Part shown: one piece after another, positions 21,855 through 34,758 of the stretch
Numbering within the stretch: the first letter of the stretch is position 1
Layout of the letters: every line of letters begins with the position of its first letter
Source: Lytechinus pictus
Lineage: Eukaryota
DNA length: 64,000 bases
Reading direction: 5' to 3'
NCBI RefSeq assembly: GCF_037042905.1
Contig: NC_087249.1
Location: forward strand, 7,194,001-7,258,000
Program-made: the position numbers and the translations under genes
The notes under the pieces: model-generated
What the model was told of the DNA's origin: nothing
Database searches by the model: none
What the model saw: the letters and a program-made list of their open reading frames with translations, nothing else

Positions 21855-24800
21855 TAGACTAGAGTAAAGTGGTTTAAAATGTCATCTGGTTGAAAAAATC
21901 TAAGCTTTGAAATAAGCCTTATTATTACCTAATAATTACTAAGACCACACAAAATATTCATTCGAAATACAATAAGGAGTACAGAATGGAGAATGTAAAT
22001 ATTAACGTGTGCATGAATGAACAAAATAGTTGAAATTGGCCCAGCTGATCAACGAATATCGATGATGTATTTTCGTCATACCGACATGTATACGTGTTTG
22101 CCCTGGATAAAGTGTACATTTCTCACCAAACATTTGCAAACTCTAATTATGTCACTGCTTGTCAAATATTAGACCCTTTTCATTCATAGTCATAGTATGT
22201 GACTGTGAGGATAACTTCAAAATAGAAAGTACGTATTTTACGTTGATGACGTCATCAAAACTCGCTTTCAAACTACTATTGTAGTTTTTAACATAATGAT
22301 CAATATCACAGGCCCGCTGCATTTCATCAATCAATGTGATTTTTTTTTTTTTTCATTTTAGATATTATGCTTACATGTTGCCTTGATGTAATGATGGGGA
22401 GTCGGGGGAATGGTAGTCATGGTAGTGTTAATGAGATTGATAATACGCTACCTCATAGTCTTATCAAAATGAATGTAGGCTAAACATAATGCAAACATTT
22501 TTTTTCATACTCCTTTTTATTATCAATGTTACAGCAAAAATGAAATCAATTGATCATTAAATCAACAATTGATTTTTTTTTCAATGTTCGTTCAGTGAAT
22601 GAATGTATGAATGAATCATTATCAATCAATCAATCAATCAATCAATCGGAGTGATAGCTGAAATTATATATTTCAATCCGAGAATCCTTATTATGTGGCG
22701 CAGCGCGTTGTAACCGAAAGGAAAAGGCGCTATATCAAATGACCTTTGGATTGGAATGGATTGGATATGTAAGGGGGTGAACGACTACTGAAATATGAAA
22801 TTCATAGATTAAAAAATAAGTCAAATTACAAATGCACTCTGTATGATATGTTCTAAACGTTAACGACTCTTCATCCATATTTACACCTATCCCTTTTAGT
22901 AGTTTTGTATCAGTGTAAGCCGCCGAAAATTGGATGCGTTATTTTCATTGAAAAAGGTTTCACGTCTACTTCCATGACGTTTTTTCTTGTACTATTTCGG
23001 CCTAGTAAACTCAGTTAGTAGGGCACGACCCGAAAATAGCTTTAATAAACCCCAGTTTTTATCAGAATTAGTCGATTCGCACGCGCAGTAGGTTACACAA
23101 ATTTGATTTAGGTGGCTTGCGCTCTGCCCAAAATATACGTCATTGTCACGATCTACTTTTCCTTTATGACATCATAATGATCAGTATGACATCACAACGT
23201 ATCGAAATAATATGGTCCGCAAACAATGAAAGGGATTGGTGTGTTGAATCTTGATATTTCTTTCGTCATCTTTCAGCGTGTCACACACACACAGAACAAA
23301 AGGTCAAGCGCGAATTGATTTGATCAGGGAAGATGCAAACTTAATTTGGAAGAGAATTATGGCATTTGTACGTGTGCGGTCTGATAATGCGCCTGCTCTT
23401 TGCGTATCACTCCCTTCCCCTCTCCCCTCCCCTCTCTGGTTCCCCCTCCCCCTCTCAATATTTCTCTCCCTGGTATCATTTGATGTCGGTGATGCCGTCC
23501 TTTCATCAGAATTCATCACCGCTGTCTCCTCCTACCCCCTCTCCAAATTCGATTATAAAAGACACCTTATCCGCCCACGTCCACGCCCCTTTCCCCCTCC
23601 TCTTATTGTTCATGAAAACATCCTCTTTCTTATCCTGGCGTCTAGATGTTAATACTGCTTTCAAACCAATCAAATTACTAATATATAAATTTTCTTGACA
23701 GCTACAGGCTGCATATTTTTATATTAATCTCATAAATCTATTCGACTCTTAAAATATGTTCATAGTTTCCTATGAGCGTTATTTTTTCTTGTAATTTGTG
23801 TGATTTGTTTTTCAATGGCTACCACGCAAATAGCCTTTGGAAAACTACTTTTGAAGCATGTAAATTTTTCGCAGGAAATCCATTATTAATGCACGTTAAC
23901 GAGGAAGACTGTCTGTACCACGACATCAGTAATTACTCGTATGATCATGATGATTGTTCTAGCCTCCGAAATGTATATTAAACTGATGTTGCTGTTCAAA
24001 ATTATGATATTTCAGTATGTACTGTTGCGTTTGTCTATAAGGTTAAAAAATTATCTTCATTTCACAAAAATACCAAGCATTAAACTCTTCTTTACTTCTT
24101 TTTCATAGTAACGATCTCACATCATCAGTTTCAATGCCAACCCATCCATACGTCCAACCCCACCCCTCTTTCCCTCTCTTTCTCTCCCTTCCTCCCTCTA
24201 TCTATCTATCTTTCTATCTCTCTCTTCCTCTCCATCTCTCTTAACGATGTGTCTATCTTTTCCTTACCTTTCCTACACAGTAAAACGATGTTTAACATTC
24301 TTATACTATGCTGTTTACTATAATATGAACTTATATAGTTTAAAGAGTTTAAACAAGTGTATAACATCTCAAACAACAAAGTTTAATTTTGAGTAATTAT
24401 CAATAAATTGAAGATTGGTTGTTTAAACTGTTAAACAACTATACCGTAAGGTTCATATAGTAAACAACATTGTATAAATATTTAGAAATGCAGTGTTTTA
24501 CAATACCATATTCTTCCTATTTCAGCTTATTTCGTCCAATCAAACCTCTCACTCTCTCTCTCTCACCCCCATCATCGTCTTATGGTTCAATATAGTTATG
24601 TATCAGACAATGAAGAAACTTCTTGAATATTGTACACGGTGGAGCCAGGGAGGGAAAATATGCATTTTCCTCACAAACAAATCAATGAAAATCGATAAAT
24701 GCAAAAAAAGAAAAAAAAATCACGTATGACTGGAATACTTAAGCAGAAAAGGCTAATCGACCATCACCTCTCCCTCCATCCTGTCGCTTTTAAAATAACG

Positions 24801-27032
24801 TTCAGCTCTAAACGACAGATATTTCGGTAATCGATAACATTAAAACCATTTCTCGCCTTATTCCAGACTTTCAGAAGAAGGCCGCAATGATGTTATTCGG
24901 ATAAAATAAAATAAATCAACTCATGCGTGCGAATGGACAAATCTAGCGGCTTCTGCCGGGAAAAGCTCACGCCTCCTGATAAATAGGCGTAAGAATGGGC
25001 TGGGGGGGGGGGGGGGGTCCGCATTCAGTTTAGATTGTTAGCTTATAAAATCCCAATTTAAATTGTGGCAGATACTATTCCTTGCATACAACAAATATAT
25101 TTATTTAGCAGTTGTGCTTCCAAATGATAGATAATCTATTTGGCTGTTCATATTCTAGTACTTTAAAGTGCATAAACATGATCCTAATAGTTAATTGATT
25201 CAATTTCATTGTTGCATACAAAATACAATTTGTGCACTGGCATGAGGATAATAAATCATATTTATACTTATATCAGTATATACTACAACACAGTTAATAT
25301 GGTTACAAAATAATGTTCAGTGGCGTATATGAGCCAAATATTTTTTAGGGGCGAAATATGACGTATCGGGCAAAATTTAATTTTAAGAAAGTTGCGAGCG
25401 AACGAAGCGATAATATATCATAATTCAGCATTCTCTTTCCCTATATCTTCCTCTTCTATTTTTTTTTCTTGGTCGTGTTTATTATTATGATTTTTTTTGG
25501 GGGGAGGGGCAAGTGCCCTCCCATATACACCACTATTAGTGTTCTTAGCACCTCATTTGACATGTATTTATTTATTTAGTTATTGGTTTTCTTTATTTTA
25601 TACTGCAGGGTAGGCCTGTTCAGTTATGCAAAACTGCTATCCAAAGGCGCCCTGCAGTTTAACAAATAACTCAACATCATAGCAATTCAATGTATGTAAC
25701 ATATAATAAAGTAAAAACAGAATACATTATATACATATACTAGTGAAATCAACAATTACTCATGGAATCATTACAACTGTTAGTGAATAAATTAATGAAA
25801 TCATATCATTGATTGTTTTTCGTAAGGGTCATTAGACTGATATTATAGTTCATTGACTGACCTTAAAGAGGAAGAATCCTAATTAATGGATCTACCCGAC
25901 ACACACAATGCAGGAAACAATTCAATTACTCTCAATGCTATGGAGGTACACAATGTACATGTACGTAAACATAATTATATTGAAAAACAACAACAAACTT
26001 GGCTCTTAGGAGTGCTAAATTAAGCACCCCTAAGATTTTTCAGGGGGTGCTCTGTATGTTATTCAACATAGGGAGCACTCCCAGAAAAAAAATCAGACTG
26101 ACAAGCATAAAAAAGGGGGGTTATTGCTCCCAAATGACGGAGATTTGGGAGCAATAATCTTCATTTGTTTGTTTATTTATTTATTAATTCATTCATTCAT
26201 TTATTTCATTAATTCATTTATTTTATTTATTTTTATTTATTTTTTCCATTTTTAAGATTTTGTGTGTGCTTGTATTTCTTTTCTGACACAACCCTCTGAA
26301 TAAAAACCTCAGCACCCCCTATTTAAAAATCGTTCGCAGCGAGGGCCCTGGCTCAGTGTACGCCTTACATGCCTGAGAATGCGCTTCTTCACCAGTTCCG
26401 ATTGCTGCTAACTCTTCAGAAGTTTCATTATGAAACGAAGGTAAAAAAAAAAAAAAAAACAACGAAAAAATACAACCAGTAGTACCATCACAACAAATTC
26501 AAACAGAGCGAACTAAACAAAATACTTGTAGTTTGATAAAGATGCGCGATTATATCAAATATTTTGTCAAAGTCATTAAAATTATCTGAAAGTCAACAAT
26601 TAATAATTATATTGAAAAATGGGAAATTGTGCTAAGGTTGACGGTGACGTTATTGGCATCGAAGAGAAAAAAGAAATCCTGATAATTATTGTTGTCCATA
26701 TCTAAACAATCGTTTCCAAGAAACTGGACAACACCCCTTTGGCACAAGCTGCCCTACAGTGTAGTTGATCATGATGAGGAGGTCTTGAGGAATTGTTGCC
26801 CCCATCAAGGGCGTCGGAGCAGAGGATTATCTATTTTTTTTTGGGGGGGGGGGCACAACAATAGATGCCCCCCTAACAATGGATAATCCTCTACGCCGAC
26901 TCCCATGGCCCCACCCCCTTCCCTTTCTACAATGTTGGTCACAATGAGAAAGTGTTAGGCATACCTGTATTTAGAGAGAGAGAGAGATAACAAGGGGATT
27001 GGAAATAGGGGGTTGGAGTTTCTTTTTCCCCA

Positions 27033-27860
27033 TTTTTGTCTCGCCTGCATAGCAGAGCGAGATTATAGGCGCCGCTTTTCAAACGGCGCGCCGGCGCGGC
27101 GGCGTCGTCAACATTGAAATCTTAACCAAGGTTAAGTTTTTGAAATGTCATCCTAACTTAGAAAGTATATGGACCTAGTTCATGAAACTTGGACATAAGA
27201 ATAATCAAGTATTACTGAACATCCTGCCTGAGGGTCAACGAACTTTGGCCATATTGGGGGAATTTGAAGAATTGTCATCATAACTTTGAAATTTTATGGA
27301 TCTAGTTCATGAAACTTGGACATAAGAGCAGTCAAGTACCCTTGAACATCTGTGCTAGTTACAGGTCACATGACCAAGGTAAAAGGTCATTTAGGGTCAA
27401 CAAACTTTGGTAAAGTTGGGTTATTTGTGGAATTGTCATCATAACTTTAAAAGTCTATGGATCTAGTTCATGAAACTTGGACATAAGAGCAGCAATGTAT
27501 CCCTGAATACCATTTGTGCGTTTCAGGAACATGGCCAAGATCAAAGGTCATATAAAGGTCAATGAACTCTGGCCGTGTTGGGAGTATGTGTTGAATTGGC
27601 ATCACAACTTAAGAAGTTTATGGATCTAGCTCATGAAACATCGACATAAGGGTAATCAAGTATGGATGGTTGTTTTGCACATGTCTTATGTCACATGATC
27701 ATGGTCAAAGGTCACTTTGGGGTCAATGGATATAATATTTTATTATCATATTAGTGTTTTCTTCTGTGAATAATTATTCATTGGCTGTTTTCAAAGGAAG
27801 CACTGCTGCTATATCGAATTGCGTAATGCAGGCGAGACTGCCAGAGGCGTTCCACTTGTT
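27033..27860 (+). mobile_element. Helentron-associated non-autonomous element (HINE/DINE-1/pearl-like architecture) with an internal tandem array
   Basis: T-run start, subterminal IR GTCTCGCCTGCAT / ATGCAGGCGAGAC, GC microsatellite-like tract, ~4 tandem units of ~160 bp (TGGATCTAGTTCATGAAACTTGGACATAAG...AAGGTCA), 3' end ...CACTTGTT in a T-run, no TSD. Confidence 0.8.
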
Positions 27861-28408
27861 TTTAGTTATTGTAGATTATTTTGAGGGGTACCGTAACCGG
27901 GACAGCTGATCGTCGTATAATTCTGAGCTGATGAAAAATTGCACTATGTCGTTTTCACGGATGACTCTGCTATTTGATTCACCGAATTTTGACAAAGACT
28001 GCTTTGTCATGACGGGCTTTTGACAATAGATTCTCTACGTTCCACAAAGAGTCTACGTATAGTGTTGCGAACACTTCGTATGAATGAGGAAATATCCATT
28101 TATTCTCGTCGACTGATTTCGGAAAAGGAATTGATCGTTCAAGAATACGACTGTTTCGCCCTCCGACAGGAAATACAGAAATAAGTCATTATTGACTAAG
28201 CTGATTATATTTCCTTTGCAATGGAACCTATATAGTGCCAATTAATGTATTATGACATGTAGGAGGCCAGATTATTCGTAAAAGAATTATTTCACAAAGC
28301 TGTTTTAAAAATATTACCAAGGACTTAATGAGTGGCTCGAGTGCCACAGGCATAATGGATGTCTCCGTCATGTCCATAACTGCAGTTAGAATATCTGACA
28401 ATGTTTAA

Positions 28409-29007
28409 AGGTCTAGTCCACCCCAGAAAAATGCTGATTTGAATAAATAGAGAAAAATCAAACAAGCAATATGCTGAAAATTTCATCAAAATCGGATGTA
28501 AAATAAGAAAGTTATGACATTTTGAAGTTTCGATTATTTTTCACAAAACAACGTGTGATATGCACAACTCAGTGACATGCAAATGAGACAGTCGATGATG
28601 TCCCTCACTCACTATTTCTTTCTTTTTTATTGTTTGAATTATACAATATTTTATTTTGTACAGATTTGACAATAATGACCAACTTGATTGAACCACATAG
28701 GATTAAACAATGCTGATTCCACATGTTCAGCGGGAATTAATTGTTTCACAGGACAACAGGGAGAAAATTTGAATATTTCATATTTCATGTAATAAATACA
28801 AAAGAAATAGTGAGGGAGTGATGTCATCAGTCCTCATTTACATACTGACAAGGACGTGAATATAACTGTCTCATGAAATTAAGCGAAAATTTATAATGTC
28901 TTTGCTTTCTTATTTTACATCCGATTTTGATGAAATTTTCAGTGTTGTGCTTGTTGTATTTTTCTCTTTTTATTCGAATCAACTTTTTGTCGGGGTTGAC
29001 TTGTCCT
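28409..29007. mobile_element. TTAA-site MITE (Kolobok-like, family K1)
   Basis: TTAA|AGGTCTAGTCCACCCC ... GGGGTTGACTTGTCCT|TTAA; collinear with 9477-10073. Confidence 0.88.
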
Positions 29008-32000
29008 TTAATGATAATGGATATAATGAGATGTTGAGAATAATTACAACAACTACTCGTTATAGATGATAGTAGGTTTGTTATTTGCATGTTTTCATTC
29101 CAGCCCATGAAGACTTAATTTTCTCCTCGTATTCCAAATATTCGTTATTCATTCGTATATTTCTGTTCTTCTTTTTTTTCTTTTTCAAGACTAGAAATTG
29201 CATTAGGCCTAATGCTTCTAAATGACAATATTCTATGTGAGTAAACCAATTGAACTAAACGTGCAAATATGGAAGTTTTCTTTTGTTTTGGTATTTGCAC
29301 TGACCCCACAACATAACCCCCAAAAAAAACGTTTCCCGCGCTTAAAATGTTGCCCCGGTCTATCGTCTGCTGATAGATTACTCTCAAACCAAACCATGCA
29401 GATTGTTGAAATGTATTTTACCTGACGTTATGTGACATAATTCGGGCGCCATTTATAAAGTGATTTCTATACACAGAAACCCATTCGCTGGTTGTTGTGC
29501 CGTGTTTAAACGTTAAGAATAAGCACTTCAATAGAAGTATAGTGGGATGGAGAAAGAGAGGAATAAGAATGGATGCCGTGGAAAACAAGAACACGCATAT
29601 TAAGCCGGCGCGGAATTGCCTCAAAGGAAATCTAGGTTTCCGTCACATCCATCTTCTTCTCATCTTCGCTTGTAACCTTGGATATTTTCCCCTCAACTTC
29701 CTTTATTTAGTTTGATTCTTATTCTTGACTATTTGTCTCTGTATTTCTTGTCATATTTCGAAAAGGATTGGTATTTCCTGGGAGTTGCTTCATTAGCGAT
29801 TAATTGATATCTCCGTGTGTACTGAACATAGAAGTGGCTAGCATAATTATTTTTCTGGCTGCTATTCTCTCAAGCATTTCGCTTACGATAGCTGGCCACA
29901 TGTATATCTATGTAAATTATCATTCTATTATGTAATTGTCACAATTTGTAATTATATCATTTATTTTTGTATCTTTTTACTGTGATTCATGTATTGAAAT
30001 TATCAATAAATGCAGAAACACCTGCTAAAAATGCGATTCCGGAAAGAGAAACCGGATGATATTGTCACTTTGATATCAATGATTTGAAGTCTAAAGCTGT
30101 TGATTAACGCCGTATAACTGCCATTGACTGGCCAAATTTAAATAAGTCTGATTCATTTACACAATTCATAAACTAAGTGAATTAATGGAATGAATTTAAT
30201 AATTATTTTAGAATCGTAAACTTTTGCATCAATGTAAATAAATAATGAGCAGGAATAAAAAATATTAAACAAGAAAAATTTCTGTTGGTGTAGGGTCTAT
30301 CTTTCAAGAATATTCGCGCCATTTTTCTTCACTTTTGCGGGAAATCGGCTGAAGATCAAAGGCTTGTAAAACAATAAATAAATCAACAAATGGCAATCAT
30401 ATCGTGACCTATTAACCTCGGCTGGCATCAGATAGTGACGTATGGGAGATATACATGTCTCGCACGCGACTGTTTATATCAACTTCCACGATCCCCAGGT
30501 CTGGGAGGATCCTTTGTCGAGATTGGTTGGGGTTAATAGCTTGTGAAACGATAGGAGTGAGATAACGGTGAGAGAAGGGAGGGGGGGGGGGGATTCGGAA
30601 GGAGGAAGGGAGAAGAGCAGATACAATGGGTATTTCTTCTTCCTTCGATCCCCCCAGTTACGAATTAAATGTAAATCTATATTTTTACGTCCAATTATAA
30701 CTTTTCATGTAAGATCTTCATTATTTTTGGTCTTATATAGGTATTTTAAAGTTGTTGTTGTCATTATTATTACTATTATTGTGGTTGTTATTGTTGTCGT
30801 TGTTAATATCATTATGACATTATTGTTAAACATTTTCATGATTGTCTATTTCTGTACAAAGCATTGATACAATTATTGAAAAATTGAGAATATACATTTT
30901 GAAAATTTCTGATTTCAGAAGTTCTAATTAAACTTAGCAGGTAATTTAATAAATACACTAGTTTACCTTAATTCTCTCACACTAAACACGACAATTGGAA
31001 GAAAATAGTGACAAGGGGAGAGGAAAGGGGTAAGAAAATAACGGAAAATTGATTTCGCTCAGTTCACACGAATAGTAAACTCCCACAAATACGATAAATT
31101 GTGCTCTTTAACGGATAATGTGGAAATGGAATGATTTATAGCAAGTACATGTAGGTCAGTTATATAGGTCAATTTAAGAAGAAAAAAATAGATGGAGAAA
31201 TCGAAATAAGTCAGTTCTTTTTAAAAGAGAGAAATAACAAGAGCGCAGGGGCAGATCCAGGATTTTCCAGGGGGGATTTTTGTTCCGAAAAAAAATACAC
31301 GCAAGAAAAGGTTTTCGTTCCAAAAAGAAGTCATTTTGTTCCAGGTAAAAAATGACAAAAAACCTCACTTGCTTGTGCATGGCATATCCCCCTAAAAATA
31401 TTTTTATTGCCTCTCAAAGGGGGTGGGGGCACGGGTCGGGTGTGCCCCTACCTCCATCCACCACTACAATAGTGCACAAAAAATCAGCAATATATTGTAT
31501 TTCCATGTGGTCCACACGAGGGAATCAATTTTGTTACAATTGATAATAAAAGGTATGAAAAGGATTTAATGGTGTATTGTGTATTAAAGAAAGGATATCA
31601 AAATTACTTTTAGCTATTGTTTTATCGTCACATAAATATATTAAGTTGCAGTAATAATCAGACAAAATGAATATCACCACAAAATCATTCTAACATGTAC
31701 TCCGGTGTCAATATCTGTTCTCTTCATCATGGATTGTTTGAACTTTTTTATTATTTATGTTTTTATTAAAAATCATTAAGAATTACAATATTTACATTTG
31801 ATTTGAATTTGTAAATGCAAAAAATAAATTGTATAAATAATTTTTTGTATATATACTTAACATTATTAATCCAACTGAATCTGATCTTTACGCTAATGTC
31901 CTAAAAACATGTGCAGCGTGCAAAATGAGTCTTTAGAAATGGACGGCAAATGGAGAATTGCTTTCCTTGTTGTCACAAGTATATAGCAACCAAACAAATA

Positions 32001-32404
32001 TGCTCAAATATGTCATAATAAAATCATATGAAAGTTATAAATTGTTTTGAATTGGGAGGGGTTAGAGAAATCAAATTGATGATTCAAAATAGCTATGGAA
32101 TATGGCGTGATATTGATACTTAGTGTGTTTATAGCACGCGCCCTTTATTCAAGATTTGTTTTGTAGGTTAATGGCTCTTTCTCTTTTTAGAATGGAAACA
32201 CTTTCATTTGGAAGGAGGAAGTTTGAATGGCTTGATGAACGGTTTATATTGACTAATTTGACTGACCGCTGATATGTAAAGGTTGGATATAATTTATTTG
32301 ATTGACTTTGGTCACACCTTTTAGCGTTATGATAAATCAGGAAAAATGTGACATTTACCTTTGGCATTTTGCGCTCATCTCGATTGAAATGAATGTCAGA
32401 ATAA

Positions 32405-32940
32405 CACTTTTTTTTCTCACACTCCTCTCTCTCCTTCCCTCTTTCTCTCTAACTTAATATACCTTCAATTTCATTTCCGCACTGTTTTTTTTTATCCTCC
32501 CTCCACTTATCATTTTCTTTTACTTTTTTCCATGACAAGTCTCTTCTTTCTTTCTTTCTTTCTTGTCTTTCTTCCTCTCTTTTTCCCTTTTTTATTCTTT
32601 CTTTCTGTCTTCCTTTCTGTCTTTCTTTCTTCCTTTGTTTCTTTACTTTTTTCTTCCATTCATTTTTTCTTTTTCTCTCTCCTTCTTCCTTCCTACCATT
32701 CTTTCTTTCATTTTCTTTCTTTATCCTTCTTTCCTTCCTTCATTCCAACCTTTCTTTCTTCCTTCATCCTTTCACTCTTTAATCTTTCTCTCTCACTCTT
32801 CCCCTCCTCATCTCTGTCATTTCTTGCCCTTCCCCATATCTCTCGTCCTCCCTCCCCTCTCCCTTCTCTCCCCCTCCCCATCTCTCCCTTCTCTCCCCCT
32901 CCCCTCTCTCTCCCTCTCCCCTCTCTACCCCCTCCCCTCT
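32405..32940. repeat. ~530-nt polypyrimidine low-complexity tract abutting the exon 2 acceptor
   Basis: Directly visible. Confidence 0.9.
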
Positions 32941-32945
32941 GACAG

Positions 32946-33069
32946 GTGTACCCAGTGAAGCCCAGGGTGACTGGAGTCACGATCAACCCCCTCCCGGCCC
33001 ACCAACATGTCAACCAAAATGCACACCAGAATACTGCAGAACCAACTCTAAAGCCATATGCTCTGCAAC
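32946..33069 (+). CDS. Coding exon 2 of the IB-domain protein: (S)VPSEAQGDWSHDQPPPGPPTCQPKCTPEYCRTNSKAICSA(T)
   Basis: Very long polypyrimidine tract plus gacAG acceptor, GTAAGT donor at 33070; 124 nt, open in phase 1 matching exon 1; Pro linker followed by 4 Cys. Confidence 0.8.
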
Positions 33070-33335
33070 GTAAGTGATCGAATTTAAATTCACCTGACGA
33101 TAAGTTAGTTTTAATTCAAAAAAAAAATGAAAAATTCCAGAAAAGACATTGGTGGAGGCTTGATAAAAATACATCATTGTAGAGATGTGAATATAAAAAA
33201 AATACACTGTGACGTCATGCGAGAAGCTCCCCCGTCGTATATCATGTAATATACATTTCATAAATTATTATTTTTTGTTAATGGAACACGATAGATCAAA
33301 ATATTTTTTGAATTAGAATTATTAATTAATACATC

Positions 33336-33405
33336 TGCAAAGCGCTTATAGAGACGTCGTTCCGATGTATTAAGCGCTATATAAAAGCGGATTATTATTA
33401 TTTTT
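33336..33405 (+). mobile_element. Isolated L2-type LINE/SINE 3' tail
   Basis: AAAGCGCTT...TAAGCGCTATATAAA + (ATT)n; similar tails at ~49366-49440 and ~22695-22740. Confidence 0.6.
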
Positions 33406-34563
33406 ATTAGAATGGGACATTAAATTATGTTTCTGATCATATATCCAATAACGCACAAATAAACACGATGAAATATTTTAAAATCACATATTTAGTTCAG
33501 TCCAGCTCAGTTGTAATTGTTACGACTATTCTTAAAACTCAGTGGTCACTGCTCTTAGCGGTCGGTCATTAATCCGCTCACCGCATGCTGCGTTCTTAGT
33601 TGTCGAAAAGTTGTCACTATATACACTTCAAATCTGAATAAAATGTCAGTGGCCTTTAAAAGGTGATGACAATTTGGTCAACAGTTTACATCTTCCAAAC
33701 ATACCTCAATAAAAACAGAGTATTATGATAAATATTTCATACTTAAGTTTTAGATTAGATATATTAATTTTGACTTGACCGAAATGAATATCATGAATGA
33801 TTCATTCTAAAGAAAGATTATTTGTGTGTGTGTTTGTTTTATTTTTATTTCTGCGTTCACAATACATTGTTAAAAGTATACAAAATAATCCATAATGTAT
33901 ACAATATAATCATAATACATACTTAGAACCCCCCCCAAAAAAAAAAATGGTGTGAGCATATAATTCACTTTTTAATAATAATAATTTAAAAAATGCATTA
34001 ACCAATGAACGCAGGAGACCGCCATCGTGAGCGGTTGAGCTTAAAATTGATGGAGGCCTCTTAAAAGCATTTCGGTTTAGAATAAGAAGAAAACAAACCC
34101 CAATTGCTTAAATTTATTATGACTGTTTGTTTTGATAGGCCTAATTATTTTGCTGCTTTTGGGTTTAACGTATAAATGAAAAAGAAGTAAATAAAATGTG
34201 TTTTAATCATAGATGATACAGCCTTCAGCGATATTTATAGTAATTGCCACCTTAAACTGTTCCTTGTCCTATATCGTAAAAAAGTTTTATCAAGCAGATC
34301 TTAAGTGGTCGAATACAAATTATGTCTACACGCGGTTCAGCTATTAAAGACAAATTGTTATGAAAGACTTATTCAATTATGGTGTAAACCTTACAATATT
34401 TTTTTGCCTGGATTCGGTTTCACAACTCTGGGTCAGCAGGGAGATGTGAATTTACGTCCACTGTTCTATTTCTAGTTGGATGACTCGAATTGGGATATCT
34501 AGAAATAGAACATACAAAAGTGCTAATGGGGTCACCAAAACATCCCCATTCTCGGTTATGCAC

Positions 34564-34758
34564 ATAAATCCAGATCGGCTGTGAATATAATGACAAGGGG
34601 ACCAGCCGAATATTAGATTTGAATTTAAACCTTGTTGATTTAAATATAAATATAAAAGATCTGAATTTAAATCTTTTGAGATTTAAAAGTTAATCCTTAA
34701 GGTTTAAAAATAAATTCAAAATTTGGCTGGTCACTATTCACAGCCGATCTGGATTTAT
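34564..34758. mobile_element. Palindromic MITE-like element
   Basis: ATAAATCCAGATCGGCTGTGAATA ... TATTCACAGCCGATCTGGATTTAT, inner GACCAGCC/GGCTGGTC pair and ATTTAAA repeats. Confidence 0.75.

Noticed and set aside
32532..33013. Three long ORFs over the pyrimidine tract
   Set aside because: Low-complexity artefacts; only 32946-33069 is supported as an exon
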